Below, one piece after another: positions 35,874 to 46,839 of a stretch of DNA of 64,000 bases. This DNA comes from an uncultured Clostridium sp. (GTDB lineage: Bacteria > Bacillota > Clostridia > TANB77 > CAG-508), in assembly GCA_930986425.1 (NCBI GenBank), contig CAKNJR010000009.1, forward strand, positions 336-64,335, written 5' to 3'. Below the pieces are notes generated by a model. It saw only the letters and a program-made list of their open reading frames with translations, was not told the origin of the DNA and made no database searches. Every line of letters begins with the position of its first letter. The first letter of the stretch is position 1. The position numbers were made by a program, and so were the translations under genes.

Positions 35874-36902
35874 TTATTCGATTACATTGTTTTCACATGC
35901 TCTTACTAGTCTATTCATTATGCTTAAGCCTAAATCCTTTTTCTCTACACCTTCTATAATTGCTAAATCAACATTTTCTTTATCTATTTTTCTAAGTGCT
36001 GAAAATACATTTTTTGCTATCTGATTCAAGTCATTTTTACTACCTAGATTTATGAATTTATTAGTATTTATTTTTTCTTTATCTTCTGAAAAACCAACAA
36101 CGCAAACTGATTTTTCTCCTTTTATTAATTTATTTATTTTGTTAATTTGCTCTGGGCTTTTTTCTACTAGTATACACTTGGTTCTTGGTGCATAATGTCT
36201 ATATTTCATTCCTGGACTTTCTACTTGAGCATCTTTAGAAACTTTTTTGAATAATTGGTTACTTAAAGCTGATATTCCCACCGCTTCTTTTATATCATCT
36301 TCTGTTATAAAGCCTGGTCTTAAAATTGTTGGTATATTATCTATTACTTTTACAACAGTTGATTCAATTCCTATTTTACATTCTCCACCATCAATAATAC
36401 AATCTACTTTGTCTTTTAGCTCTTCAAAAATGTCTTCTACACATGTTCCACTTGGTCTACCAGATATATTAGCACTAGGTGCTGCAAGTGGAATTTGACT
36501 CTTTTTTATAACTTCGTGAATTATGCTATTTGAAGGCATTCGTATTCCTATTGTAGAATTTCCGGCTGAAGCTGTTTTTGAAATGATGTCATTTTTTTCT
36601 AATATAAGAGTAAATGGTCCAGGCATAAAACTGTCTATTAACTTTTGTTCAATTGGTGAAATATCTTTAACTAATTTTTTTAGCATTTCTTTATCTGATA
36701 CATGTACTATTAATGGATTGTCTTGTGCTCTACCTTTAGCTATAAATATTTTTTCACATGCCTCATCTGAAAGCGCATTAGCTGCTATTCCATAAACTGT
36801 TTCTGTTGGCAACAAAGCTATTCCATCATTTTTTAATATTTCAATTACTCTATTTAATTCATTTTCGTTTATTTTTTCTTTCCAATCAAATAAATATTTC
36901 AT
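35874..36902 (-). CDS. tsaC: L-threonylcarbamoyladenylate synthase (Sua5/YwlC type)
   Basis: 342 aa with a YrdC domain (PTETVYGIAANA, KGRAQDNPLIVHV, APSAN.SG) and a Sua5 C-terminal domain. Confidence 0.88.
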   Translation of the reverse strand: MKYLFDWKEKINENELNRVIEILKNDGIALLPTETVYGIAANALSDEACEKIFIAKGRAQDNPLIVHVSDKEMLKKLVKDISPIEQKLIDSFMPGPFTLILEKNDIISKTASAGNSTIGIRMPSNSIIHEVIKKSQIPLAAPSANISGRPSGTCVEDIFEELKDKVDCIIDGGECKIGIESTVVKVIDNIPTILRPGFITEDDIKEAVGISALSNQLFKKVSKDAQVESPGMKYRHYAPRTKCILVEKSPEQINKINKLIKGEKSVCVVGFSEDKEKINTNKFINLGSKNDLNQIAKNVFSALRKIDKENVDLAIIEGVEKKDLGLSIMNRLVRACENNVIE

Positions 36903-36905
36903 AAT

Positions 36906-37715
36906 CTATCCACCATATCTAAAATGTCTATATTCTATTTTTAAAAGTATTTTCCATACTGGGTCTTCTAATGCGTACATTCTATGTAATCCATATAAAT
37001 TAAGTGTTTTGCTTTGGTTGATTTTACTGTCTGTAAGATTTTGTATTATTCCATTTTCTTCAAGTAATTTTCTTCCTTCTTCACTATATAGTCCACAAGG
37101 ATATGTAAACACTTTTTCTACCTCATGCCCTAGTTCTTTTTCTATTTGAGCTAATGAAGTGGTTACATCGTTTAATAAATCTTCTGGTTTATATTTATCA
37201 TAATTATCGTGTTTCATACTATGTGAATATATGCTAACCAATCCGCTTTTGTCCATTTCTCTTGCTTCGTCCCAACTATAATATCCATCAGTTCCTACTT
37301 TATTATTTATTAGAAAACTTGTTATTGGTATATTATTTTCTTTTGCAAATGGATAAGCATATTTATATACTCCTTCATATCCATCATCGAATGTTATTAT
37401 AAAGCTTTTCTTGTATAAGGATTTTTCCCCTTTACTATATTCAATTAAATCTTTATATGTAATTGGTTTATATCCATAATCTATTAATCCTGTAATTTGT
37501 TTTTTAAAAGTTTCGTAAGTTGTTTGCATATAATCATACTGTATTTGCTCTTCTGATTCTACTATATCATGATAGATTATTATTGGTATAAGTAAGTTCT
37601 TTTCATTTATTTTATACTGATTGTCAATTGTAGCTCTATCGCATACAAACATAATACTAATTATCAACACAATAATAATTAGCACAGTAGCAATAATTTT
37701 TAGTGCTTTTTTCAT
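36906..37715 (-). CDS. polysaccharide deacetylase (NodB homology domain), membrane anchored
   Basis: ITFDDGYEGVY and HS..H motifs, with an N-terminal TM helix. Confidence 0.8.
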   Translation of the reverse strand: MKKALKIIATVLIIIVLIISIMFVCDRATIDNQYKINEKNLLIPIIIYHDIVESEEQIQYDYMQTTYETFKKQITGLIDYGYKPITYKDLIEYSKGEKSLYKKSFIITFDDGYEGVYKYAYPFAKENNIPITSFLINNKVGTDGYYSWDEAREMDKSGLVSIYSHSMKHDNYDKYKPEDLLNDVTTSLAQIEKELGHEVEKVFTYPCGLYSEEGRKLLEENGIIQNLTDSKINQSKTLNLYGLHRMYALEDPVWKILLKIEYRHFRYGG

Positions 37716-37808
37716 ATTTAATTAACCCCTATTTTTAGTAATTTTCCCTTATTTTTAGTTTTTTCAAATATTAATTTGCTTAATGTCTATATGATTTTGT
37801 TTTTATAA

Positions 37809-40800
37809 TTAATCATTAACCCTTTTTGAAATTTCATCCAAAATTTCTTGTCTTGATTTTGTGCCTATATAATTGTATTTGTTTCCTGCAAGTTTTGGAT
37901 TAAACTGGCATATTGATTTATATTCACAATAACTACATGGTGTTTTTTTATTGTTTACAGCATAATATGGCTTTAAATCAATATTACCATCTAATATTTC
38001 TTTTGAAATTTGCTTGATTAATTTGATTGTGTATTTTTGCAAATTTTCAAATTCTTCTTTTGTAACTGTTTTTGAATTTTTATAATTTATTTCTCCACTG
38101 TTATTAAGCTCAACAGGAATGATTTCTGATTTTCCAGTCTGCAAGTTTTTATCCATCATTTTTATTACATTTATGTCTGCTAAAACTAAGCCATTCATTT
38201 TATAGTTCTTTTTAATAATTTGTTCTATTTCTTCTTTAGACATTTCCTTTTTTGCGCTTGCTAGCTTTGGCTCTATTAAAGAAAAGTACAATGCTCCTGC
38301 TGGCTCAGCTTCTTCTTTTTGAGTTATTGCATCTACATATGTAAGTAATTGTAGTTGTAAACCCGCAATTACTTTATTTAGCTCAATATCTTTAGTAGAA
38401 GATTTATAATCTATTATTCTTATATATTTTCCATTTGGTGCTTTTGCTATATCTATTCTATCTATTTTTCCTGTTATAGAAACTCTTTTTCCATCATCAA
38501 GTGTCATTTCTATTGGTGGATAAGTATTATTTCCAAACTCAAGCTCAGTCTGCATTACATCAAACTCGCTATTTTTTAAACTCTGCACTATGTATTTCAT
38601 TGAGTAGAATATAACTTTTTTTAATCTTCTTACTAAATTTCTATATTTAGCAGTTGCTGTAAATATGTAATTTCTAGGCAAAGATAATTTTTCTTCTATT
38701 ATTTTGTCTAATGTTTGCTTTAATTCTTCATCTAAAATTTCTTTTATATTTTCATTTTCTTTGAAAAATGTGTCAACTACATCGTGCATAAATGAGCCTG
38801 TGTCTACTGGCTTTATATCCATTTTTTCTTTTGAAGATAGCTTTAGTCCATATTTTAAATAATATGAAAATTCACATGATTTGTATTGTTCTAGCCTTGA
38901 TACTGTTGTGTGCAATGTGTCTCCATATAATTTTTGTACATTGTGCTTGCTTATTTTTTCTGGAAGGTTTGTGTATTCTAAGCCTTCTAATGCTTTTTCT
39001 AATCTATATGAATACTTTGGATTATTTTTATACCACTGGTAAACCTCATACCAACTTCCATTCATATTATTTATGTGTGAAAGAAGCTCTGAAAAAGTAA
39101 CTTCTTTTGTGTAAATGTTCATTTCAGTTTCTTTGCTATTTGCGGATTTTTCAGTTTCATTTAACTTCTCTTTGCTTAAAATCTCATTATCCACAAAAGT
39201 AGATTCTCTTAACTTAGGAAATATCTTTCTTATCTTTGAAATAACTGTAGATTTTCTAAGTGGTTTATCATCTACATCACTAGCAGGATATGAAATGTAC
39301 AATTTTTCTTCTGCAGTTGAAAATGCTTTATATATGTTAAAGTTTTCTTCATACATTTTTTCAATTGTACCTTTTGCAAGTTCTATACCTTCTTCTTTTA
39401 AGTTTTCTCTATCTCTATCATTGAAAAATCCTTCTGAGCTTGGCACGCTTGGAAATACGCCGTCATTTACCCCTATAATAAATATTGCTCTTACTTTATG
39501 AGTTTTAGACCTATTTACATCTCCTACTGTAACTTTGTCCTGTGTCTGAGGTATTTGACCTATTTCTTTAACTTGTATGCCTGTTTTTAGTAGTTTTGCA
39601 TATGTATCAAATGACATTTTAACATCTTTGAACAAATCTGCTATTTCATCTATTACATCAATAACTGCATTATAGCTGTCAACATTGATTGTTGTTTCTT
39701 CTGTAAATGGTTTATTAGACATTTGATTTTCTGCTACCTGGCTAATATTGTTTTTATTATTTTCACTAGTATTTTTAACTATGAACTTATATAATTCTTC
39801 ACTTATTTTATCTGCTGAATTTTTTGAGCTTAGATTTTTCCTAAACTCTAAAAGTGGAGTAATTACTTCTTTTTGCTCTGCTTCAAATGTATCTTCTTCG
39901 CCAAAATTCCATGGCTTTTCATACCATTTGCTTCCTTTTATATTCCACTTTATACAGTAATTTTCTAATTCATACAACCTATCTATTTTTACTATTCCTG
40001 ATTTCAAATAATTAAATACCGCTTCATATGACCAGTTCTTTGCAAATATATCTAATATTGCTAAAACATATTTTACAAATATATCACTTGTAATATCCTT
40101 TTTTTCATCTATGAAAACAGGTATTTCATACTCGCTAAAAATAGCTTTGCACAAGCTTGAATAGTCTTCTAAATTTTTTGTTATTACTCCTATATCTCTA
40201 TATCTGTAACCTTCTTTTCTTATTAGTTTTGAAATTTCTCTTGCAACATTTTCTATTTCTTCATATTGATTTTTGGCTATTGTAAGCTTTATGTTTTCTA
40301 CCTCTTTATTGTATGGCTTATATGGTAAATCAAAAATATTTTTTTCTAAGTGTTTCAATTCTTCATTTTTAAATCTATATGAACTTTCTAGGTGTATTTC
40401 ATTTTTTATATCTGCTATTTGTTTTAGAGTTTGAACAGTTTGCTTGTTATCATAAAAAATATCTGCTTCTGGGCTTTTAATAACTCTTAAGTCATCTGTA
40501 CATACTGTTACATATATGTCTTTAGCAATTCTGTCTAAGACTTGTATAACATTGTATTCTTGCTTAGTAAATCCTGCAAACTCATCTATATAAAATAGGC
40601 AATTGTCAAATAAATGGCTACTTTCTATATTTTGCTCCAATAGTTTTAGCAAATCATTTTCGTCAATATAATTATCTTTGAGCCTATCCTCAAACATGGA
40701 ATATATTGTGTACATATCTTTTATTTTTAATTTTAAATATGTATCTTTTGTGTTGTCCATTTTTTCTTTTAACATTGATGCTGTTATGCCATGTTTTTTG

Positions 40801-41189
40801 AACTCAGTTATTTGAGTTAATATTAAATCTATATTTTCTAGGTTTTTGCCTAAAAAGTTAAGCTCTTTTTGAGCTTCATCTAAAAGTGATGAAACAACCA
40901 TGGCTTTTCCGGATTTACCTATGTTTTTTAGGTTACCACCAAAAGTTTCCTGCAACACTCTATATGACATTCTTTCAAAAGATAATACTTCTACTTTTGT
41001 TGTAGCACCTTCATCTAAAGTTTCTAAAAGCTTTTTTTCTGCTGTGAAAGAAAATTGCTCTGGCGTTATTATGTATGTTTTAGGCGCTGTTTCTAGTTCA
41101 CTTTTGATTTTATTATATATATATTCACTTTTTCCACTACCGCTTCTACCATAAATAATGTTCAAAGTTTGCTTCCTTTCTATGGACAT
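37809..41189 (-). CDS. addB: helicase-exonuclease AddAB, subunit AddB
   Basis: 1126 aa with N-terminal GRSGSGKS and a C-terminal RecB-like nuclease domain carrying the Fe-S cysteines (C...CSYCEYKSIC). Confidence 0.88.
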   Translation of the reverse strand: MSIERKQTLNIIYGRSGSGKSEYIYNKIKSELETAPKTYIITPEQFSFTAEKKLLETLDEGATTKVEVLSFERMSYRVLQETFGGNLKNIGKSGKAMVVSSLLDEAQKELNFLGKNLENIDLILTQITEFKKHGITASMLKEKMDNTKDTYLKLKIKDMYTIYSMFEDRLKDNYIDENDLLKLLEQNIESSHLFDNCLFYIDEFAGFTKQEYNVIQVLDRIAKDIYVTVCTDDLRVIKSPEADIFYDNKQTVQTLKQIADIKNEIHLESSYRFKNEELKHLEKNIFDLPYKPYNKEVENIKLTIAKNQYEEIENVAREISKLIRKEGYRYRDIGVITKNLEDYSSLCKAIFSEYEIPVFIDEKKDITSDIFVKYVLAILDIFAKNWSYEAVFNYLKSGIVKIDRLYELENYCIKWNIKGSKWYEKPWNFGEEDTFEAEQKEVITPLLEFRKNLSSKNSADKISEELYKFIVKNTSENNKNNISQVAENQMSNKPFTEETTINVDSYNAVIDVIDEIADLFKDVKMSFDTYAKLLKTGIQVKEIGQIPQTQDKVTVGDVNRSKTHKVRAIFIIGVNDGVFPSVPSSEGFFNDRDRENLKEEGIELAKGTIEKMYEENFNIYKAFSTAEEKLYISYPASDVDDKPLRKSTVISKIRKIFPKLRESTFVDNEILSKEKLNETEKSANSKETEMNIYTKEVTFSELLSHINNMNGSWYEVYQWYKNNPKYSYRLEKALEGLEYTNLPEKISKHNVQKLYGDTLHTTVSRLEQYKSCEFSYYLKYGLKLSSKEKMDIKPVDTGSFMHDVVDTFFKENENIKEILDEELKQTLDKIIEEKLSLPRNYIFTATAKYRNLVRRLKKVIFYSMKYIVQSLKNSEFDVMQTELEFGNNTYPPIEMTLDDGKRVSITGKIDRIDIAKAPNGKYIRIIDYKSSTKDIELNKVIAGLQLQLLTYVDAITQKEEAEPAGALYFSLIEPKLASAKKEMSKEEIEQIIKKNYKMNGLVLADINVIKMMDKNLQTGKSEIIPVELNNSGEINYKNSKTVTKEEFENLQKYTIKLIKQISKEILDGNIDLKPYYAVNNKKTPCSYCEYKSICQFNPKLAGNKYNYIGTKSRQEILDEISKRVND

Positions 41190-41252
41190 TATGGCAATAT
41201 AAATGTTTTCATTGAACTGAAAAAAGCATTATATTGCTCATGCTTAGTTCAA

Positions 41253-42107
41253 TTAAGCTGTTTCTCTTTTCCAGTAAAACAAATATTGTTGAGCTAGTCC
41301 CTGATTAGTTCCAAATTTTTCATTTGCTAGCTTTTGAATTTCATTTTTTGTTACTTTGTTTTCGTCAGCATTTTTGATGTATAGTTCGTTCATAACTCTT
41401 CTTACCCACACATCTATTGGAAATACATCAAATCTTTTTAATGTTGAGAATAGTAAAATACAATCTGCTACTTTTGGTCCTACTCCTGAAAGTCTTAACA
41501 ATTCTTCGCGAGCTTTCTTTGTTGGCATTTTACTTAAGCCATTTAAATCTACCTCTTTGTCTAAAATCATGTGAGTAGTTTCATATAGCCTTATATCTCT
41601 AAATCCTAGTCCTAAATTTCTAAAATCTTGTACAGTTACATTTTTTAGCTGTTCTGGAGTTGGAAAAGTGTAATACTCTTTTCCTTCGTACTCTATTTTG
41701 TCTCCATATGCTTTTGATAATCTTTCTATAATTCCTTTTATTCTTGGAATATTATTGTTTGCAGATATTATAAATGAAATTATTGTTTCCCATAAATCTT
41801 GGTTTAGTATTCTTATTCCTTTTCCATATTCCACACTAGTTTTAAGATTATCATCTATTTTAGATAATTCTTCTTTTATCTTAGAATAGTCTCTATTTAA
41901 ATCAAAATAATCTGTACATATTTTTTCTATATTGCCTTCACATATGCCTTTGAATATTACTTCATCATCTTTTTTGTCCACATTTAGTACATTTTTGTGG
42001 AAAACCCCAGTGTAACTACCGTTTTCTTCTTTATTCCATCTAAAACATTGTCCACATTCAAAAATGTCTGCTAGTTCAAATGTATCTGATTTGATTCTGT
42101 ATTCCAT
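41253..42107 (-). CDS. ogg: 8-oxoguanine DNA glycosylase/AP lyase (Ogg, HhH-GPD)
   Basis: ECGQCFRW N-terminal motif and HhH-GPD LSGVGPKVADCILLF...D.H/W. The start was taken at MEYRIK (SD AGAGGTGG). Confidence 0.8.
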   Translation of the reverse strand: MEYRIKSDTFELADIFECGQCFRWNKEENGSYTGVFHKNVLNVDKKDDEVIFKGICEGNIEKICTDYFDLNRDYSKIKEELSKIDDNLKTSVEYGKGIRILNQDLWETIISFIISANNNIPRIKGIIERLSKAYGDKIEYEGKEYYTFPTPEQLKNVTVQDFRNLGLGFRDIRLYETTHMILDKEVDLNGLSKMPTKKAREELLRLSGVGPKVADCILLFSTLKRFDVFPIDVWVRRVMNELYIKNADENKVTKNEIQKLANEKFGTNQGLAQQYLFYWKRETA

Positions 42108-42171
42108 GTCCACCTCTTTGTAAAATAATAGACTCTTTTTTCTTATTACAATTTTAATTTTCATTTAACAC

Positions 42172-43212
42172 TTATTTATACGTTTCCACCACATTAATCT
42201 CAAACTTGCCCGGTTTCATATTTTCATCAGGCTTAACAGCTATGTCTACATCATACATTTCTTTTAATTTATTCAAGTTTTCTTTTTTGTGTCCTATTAC
42301 ATTGTTTACTGATTCTGGATTAACTGTTATTTCAACTTCTTTAACTTTCATGTTTATTTGTTTAATTTTCTCAGCAATGCTATCATACCACATACTGTCC
42401 TCAACAAGTTGTCTGAATGCTGGATGATATGGTCCTGCTAAAACTTCACTACCTTCTTTTTTTGGGTCAGTTATTTCATCTGTATTTTGAAGTCCTACTC
42501 TTATAACATCAATTTTCTTTTTTCTAAACATGTAAATTATTTCTTTGCAACGTTCTACTGCCTGCTCTACTGTAAGTGGTGTATACTCTCCATCTTTGTA
42601 TTCCTCTGCTAGTGCTGTGTCTTTTATTACTAAAACTGGATATATTCTTACCATTTTAGGTTTTAATCTAATTAAATCCTTTGCTGTATTTATTTCATCT
42701 AATTCAGTGCTTTCTGGCAAGCCTACCATCATTTGATGTCCTAATCTAAATCTATATCTTCTAATTAATTTTGATGCTTTTATTACATCTTTAAATGTAT
42801 GTCCTCTCTTGCTTTTTGCTAATATATAATCATTAGATGATTGTACACCTAACTCAATTGTTTTTACTTTATATTTTTTTAGCATTTTCAATATGTGTTT
42901 ATTAATATAGTCTGGTCTAGTAGAAATTCTAATACTATTTACTTTTTTAGCTTTTACATATTCATATGCTGCTTCCAACAATTCTTTTTGTATTTTCTCG
43001 CTTATTCCTGTAAAGCTCCCCCCAAAGAAGGCTACTTCTACATACTTGTTGTCATCTTTGAAGTTTTTTAAATAATATTCTATTGTTTCTTTAACATCTT
43101 TAGCTGTTACATTTGTTTCTTGACCTGTTATCTTCTTTTGACTACAAAAAGTACATTCCATTGGGCATCCTAAGTTTGGTACAAAAATTGGTATAATATA
43201 TTCCTTTTTCAT
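42172..43212 (-). CDS. radical SAM protein (ELP3-like family without acetyltransferase domain)
   Basis: IFVPNLGCPMECTFCSQ CX4CX2C-like cluster motif. SD GGAAGG lies before the ATG at 43212. Confidence 0.7.
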   Translation of the reverse strand: MKKEYIIPIFVPNLGCPMECTFCSQKKITGQETNVTAKDVKETIEYYLKNFKDDNKYVEVAFFGGSFTGISEKIQKELLEAAYEYVKAKKVNSIRISTRPDYINKHILKMLKKYKVKTIELGVQSSNDYILAKSKRGHTFKDVIKASKLIRRYRFRLGHQMMVGLPESTELDEINTAKDLIRLKPKMVRIYPVLVIKDTALAEEYKDGEYTPLTVEQAVERCKEIIYMFRKKKIDVIRVGLQNTDEITDPKKEGSEVLAGPYHPAFRQLVEDSMWYDSIAEKIKQINMKVKEVEITVNPESVNNVIGHKKENLNKLKEMYDVDIAVKPDENMKPGKFEINVVETYK

Positions 43213-43329
43213 ACTTATAGCCTTCCTTTCTAACAAAAAAATCCTCACCCTATCTTTCTATTATGTTTTTCTTTTGTATTTTTAACTTTTGATTTAAAGG
43301 ATTTACTTTACTATCTGTTTATTTTAAAA

Positions 43330-43998
43330 TCATTCTCCCAAAGCTATTTTAGCAGCTTGCATTTCTGCTGATTTTTTACTTTTTCCCTTTCCAACTGCTA
43401 AAACTTCTCCATTACATTTTACTTCTGCAGTAAAAGTTTTATCATGGTCTGGTCCTTCTTCATTTATAATTAAGTATTCTATGTGTACATCTCCGTGCTT
43501 TTGCAATTTTTCTTGAAGAACTGTTTTATAGTCCTTCATGCCTATGTGCATTGTAGCATATTGGGTTGCTTCCTTTAAATTTTCTACAATAAATTTTTCT
43601 GCTTCGTTTAATCCACCATCAAAATATATTGCTGCTATAACCGCTTCTACACAATCTGCCATTATAGCATCTTTTCTATTGCCTCCGTTTACTTTTTCAC
43701 TTTTTCCTACTAAAATATAATCATAGAACTTATGCTTTTTTGCAACTTCTTTTAGGCTATCTTCACAAACGACTTGCGCTCTTACTTTTGTAAGTTCACC
43801 TTCTGATAAATTTTCATATGTATTGTATAAATATTTACTTGAGATAAATTCTAATATACTATCTCCTAAAAATTCAAGCTTTTCATAGCTTTCTACATTA
43901 TTTTCATTTGCATATGATGTATGTGTTAAAGCTGTTTTCAAAAGCTTTTCATTTTTAAATTTATATCCTATACTTTTTTCTATTTCTTCTATATTCAT
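43330..43998 (-). CDS. rnc: ribonuclease III
   Basis: The ERLEFLGDS-type signature (here EKLEFLGDSILEF) and a C-terminal dsRBD (GKGKSKKSAEMQAAKIAL). Confidence 0.92.
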   Translation of the reverse strand: MNIEEIEKSIGYKFKNEKLLKTALTHTSYANENNVESYEKLEFLGDSILEFISSKYLYNTYENLSEGELTKVRAQVVCEDSLKEVAKKHKFYDYILVGKSEKVNGGNRKDAIMADCVEAVIAAIYFDGGLNEAEKFIVENLKEATQYATMHIGMKDYKTVLQEKLQKHGDVHIEYLIINEEGPDHDKTFTAEVKCNGEVLAVGKGKSKKSAEMQAAKIALGE

Positions 43999-44302
43999 AG
44001 CTTCCTCTATTTCTTTTATAAATCTTATTATTTTATATTTACTTTAACTTGTTTATCTGTTCTGTCACATTAATTATTTGCTTATTTTATGCGCTTTTCT
44101 AACTTTTCATATTATACTATAAAATTTACCTATTTACAATAATTAATGAAAATATATTTTGCATTTGTTTCTGTGAATCATCGCAAGTCAATTTTTCTAT
44201 GTAATGCTATTTTTTGAATATAAAAGCTTGATTTAATATAAAAATAAACAGCATAGGTCTCCCCATACTGTTTTAATTTTACGCGTAAAAAATTTATATA
44301 AA

Positions 44303-44545
44303 TTAAGCTACGTGATCTTTTATGTAGTCAACAACATCTCCTACTGTTACAACTTTTTCAGCATCGCTATCTGGAATTTCCATATCGAATTCCTCTTCTA
44401 ATGCCATGATAAGTTCAACTATGTCTAAAGAGTCTGCACCTAAATCATCTATGAAAGATGCTTCCATTGTTACAGATGTTTCAGCTACACCTAGTTGCTC
44501 AACTATAATTTTCTTTACTTTTTCTAGTATTTCTTCTGAACTCAT
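44303..44545 (-). CDS. acpP: acyl carrier protein
   Basis: 80 aa with the [19 protein letters not shown] phosphopantetheine site. Confidence 0.92.
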   Translation of the reverse strand: MSSEEILEKVKKIIVEQLGVAETSVTMEASFIDDLGADSLDIVELIMALEEEFDMEIPDSDAEKVVTVGDVVDYIKDHVA

Positions 44546-44700
44546 TTAAGTTCACCTCCCCTCATTTGCGGTAAATTCATACAATTACAATAATACATTC
44601 GCTTGCAAATGTCAAGCTCTTTTTTCAAAATATTTTTTTACTGCCAATTTTTTTAGTTTTTTTGTAAATATAATTTTGCTGTAAAGCCCTATTTTTAGCC

Positions 44701-45774
44701 TTATTTTGCCTCTAGTTCAGCTATAAATCCTTTTATCTCGTTCATCTTGTCTTTATTGGTTTGCGATTCATACACTTCGGTCAATTGGTCAACAGCCTTG
44801 TTTTTTACAAATTGTTCTGCCTGTTTTACAGTAAATTTGAATAATTTTTCATCACTGCTTCCATGTGCCTTAACTACTGGCTTTTGAACTCCTAGGAATA
44901 ATGCTCCACCATATTCTTTGTAATCCATTACTTTTGAGAATCTTTTAATTGCTGGTAAGCTTGGTATACTTCCTATCTTAGTCCATATATTATGCATTAA
45001 ACTTTCAACTAATGACTTTTTAACTAATTTTCCTAATCCTTCTGTTGTTTTTAGGAATACATTTCCTGTAAATCCGTCTGCTATTATAGCGTCAACTGTT
45101 CCTAAAAAGGCTTCTCTTCCTTCCATATTTCCTATGAAATTAATATTTAAGTCTTTAGAATATTTTGTAAGTAGCTTATATGAATTTCTTACAAGCTCAT
45201 TTCCTTTTGTTTCTTCTGTTCCAATATTTAAAAGACCTATTCTTGGTGATTCTATTCCTAATGTATTGTGCATATATATGCTAGCCATTTGAGCAAATTG
45301 TAGTAAGTTTATAGGCTTACAGTTAGTATTTGCTCCACAATCCATTAGAACTAGTCTTCCATGATATGAAGGTAATATTCCTGCTAGTGCTGGTCTATCT
45401 ACACCTTTAATTCTTCCAACTAAAAGTGTAGCACCTGTTAAAAGTGCACCAGAATTACCGGCAGATATGAATACATCTCCGTCTCCTTGTTTTAACATAT
45501 TAAATCCTACAACCATTGATGAGTCTTTTTTTGTTTTTATTGCATGTGTTGGTACATCTTCCATTTCTATTGTTTCTGTTGCATTATATATAGATAATCT
45601 TGGAGATATTTCTTTTATATCTTTTCCATAGAATTCTTTTATTTTACTTTTTATTATATCTTCTTTTCCAATAAGTACAACTTCTGCTTCGACCTCATTT
45701 ATTGCTGCTACAGCACCCTTTATATTGGCATCTGGAGCATTATCTCCACCCATTGCGTCTAATAGTATTTTCAT
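44701..45774 (-). CDS. plsX: phosphate acyltransferase PlsX
   Basis: 357 aa: MKILLDAMGGDNAP..., SMVVG, GNSGAL, DGFTGNV. Confidence 0.92.
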   Translation of the reverse strand: MKILLDAMGGDNAPDANIKGAVAAINEVEAEVVLIGKEDIIKSKIKEFYGKDIKEISPRLSIYNATETIEMEDVPTHAIKTKKDSSMVVGFNMLKQGDGDVFISAGNSGALLTGATLLVGRIKGVDRPALAGILPSYHGRLVLMDCGANTNCKPINLLQFAQMASIYMHNTLGIESPRIGLLNIGTEETKGNELVRNSYKLLTKYSKDLNINFIGNMEGREAFLGTVDAIIADGFTGNVFLKTTEGLGKLVKKSLVESLMHNIWTKIGSIPSLPAIKRFSKVMDYKEYGGALFLGVQKPVVKAHGSSDEKLFKFTVKQAEQFVKNKAVDQLTEVYESQTNKDKMNEIKGFIAELEAK

Positions 45775-46021
45775 GTTTTTCCCCCTACACTATATATGTA
45801 TATATCTATTATATTTTTATGCAATAATAATATAACTTATATTGTTTAAAGTCAAGAATAATCGGTCAGTTTTTTTGTTTACATTTTTCAAATATTTCAT
45901 TAAAATTGCTTGAATTTCGTTACATTTTATAGTGTAGTTATATTATTAGGAAATGATATAAGTAGATGTGTTCGTGTTCCACCTACATACACAAATTACT
46001 TTTAGAATGGAGGTGGTGTCT

Positions 46022-46135
46022 ATGGTAGAATTATCTTTAATTGAAATTATACAATTATTGTTTTTTGGACTAATAAGTGTAACTATCATAAATATTGCCT
46101 TAATTATAACTTTAGTTATTATTTTAGGTAAATAA
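46022..46135 (+). CDS. small hydrophobic protein (37 aa), unannotatable by homology
   Basis: Own translation: MVELSLIEIIQLLFFGLISVTIINIALIITLVIILGK. A strong SD GGAGGTG lies 6 nt upstream. A 10-bp hairpin (46139-46148 with 46166-46175) follows. It is below the ORF-track size cutoff. Confidence 0.45.
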   Translation: MVELSLIEIIQLLFFGLISVTIINIALIITLVIILGK

Positions 46136-46312
46136 ATAAAACGGCACATTTGCTTGGCAGAGCATTGTGTCGTTTATCCCATTATGGTGGTAACCGCATT
46201 ACTGCGATTGTCATTTCCTATGTTTATTATACTTAACTTTCACATATTTGTCAATCTGTTTTAAAATATAAATAGTCAAAGACGAATCACTTAAGATTCG
46301 CCTTTATTAAAA

Positions 46313-46681
46313 TTATTGTAATTCAACTGTTGCACCAGCTTCAGCGAATTTAGCTTTCATTTCTTCTGCGTCAGCTTTTGCTACGTTTTCTTTAACTGTT
46401 TTTGGAGCTCCATCAACTAAGTCTTTAGCTTCTTTTAATCCTAATCCTGTAACGTCTCTAACAACTTTGATTACTTGGATTTTGTTTGCTCCTACATCTT
46501 TTAATACAACATTGAAGTTGCTCTTTTCTTCAGCTGCTCCTGCTGCTGCTCCACCAGCTACTGGTGCTGCAACTGCTGCTGCAGATACTCCATATTTTTC
46601 TTCAATTTTCTTTACTAAATCAGCTAATTCAACTACTGTTAAGCTGTCAATAGATTCTAATAATTCATCAACTTTTGCCAT
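46313..46681 (-). CDS. rplL: 50S ribosomal protein L7/L12
   Basis: 122 aa with an Ala/Gly hinge and the canonical C-terminal domain ([24 protein letters not shown]). Confidence 0.95.
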   Translation of the reverse strand: MAKVDELLESIDSLTVVELADLVKKIEEKYGVSAAAVAAPVAGGAAAGAAEEKSNFNVVLKDVGANKIQVIKVVRDVTGLGLKEAKDLVDGAPKTVKENVAKADAEEMKAKFAEAGATVELQ

Positions 46682-46839
46682 TTTAAATTTCCTCCTTATT
46701 TTTATATTTTGTGAATTGGCTATTCACGTATTTTGCAGTTTTCCTGCTAATTGTTTTTAATTTGTTTTCATTTTTTAATTTTACAATTAATTAATGATTT
46801 AAATATTATTTTTGAAGATTTAAAGCTTTATTTTTATAT

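Noticed and set aside
45946-46149. 67-aa minus-strand ORF in the plsX-rplL spacer.
   Set aside because: It has no SD and is the antisense shadow of the better-supported 37-aa plus-strand ORF (46022..46135), which has a GGAGGTG SD.
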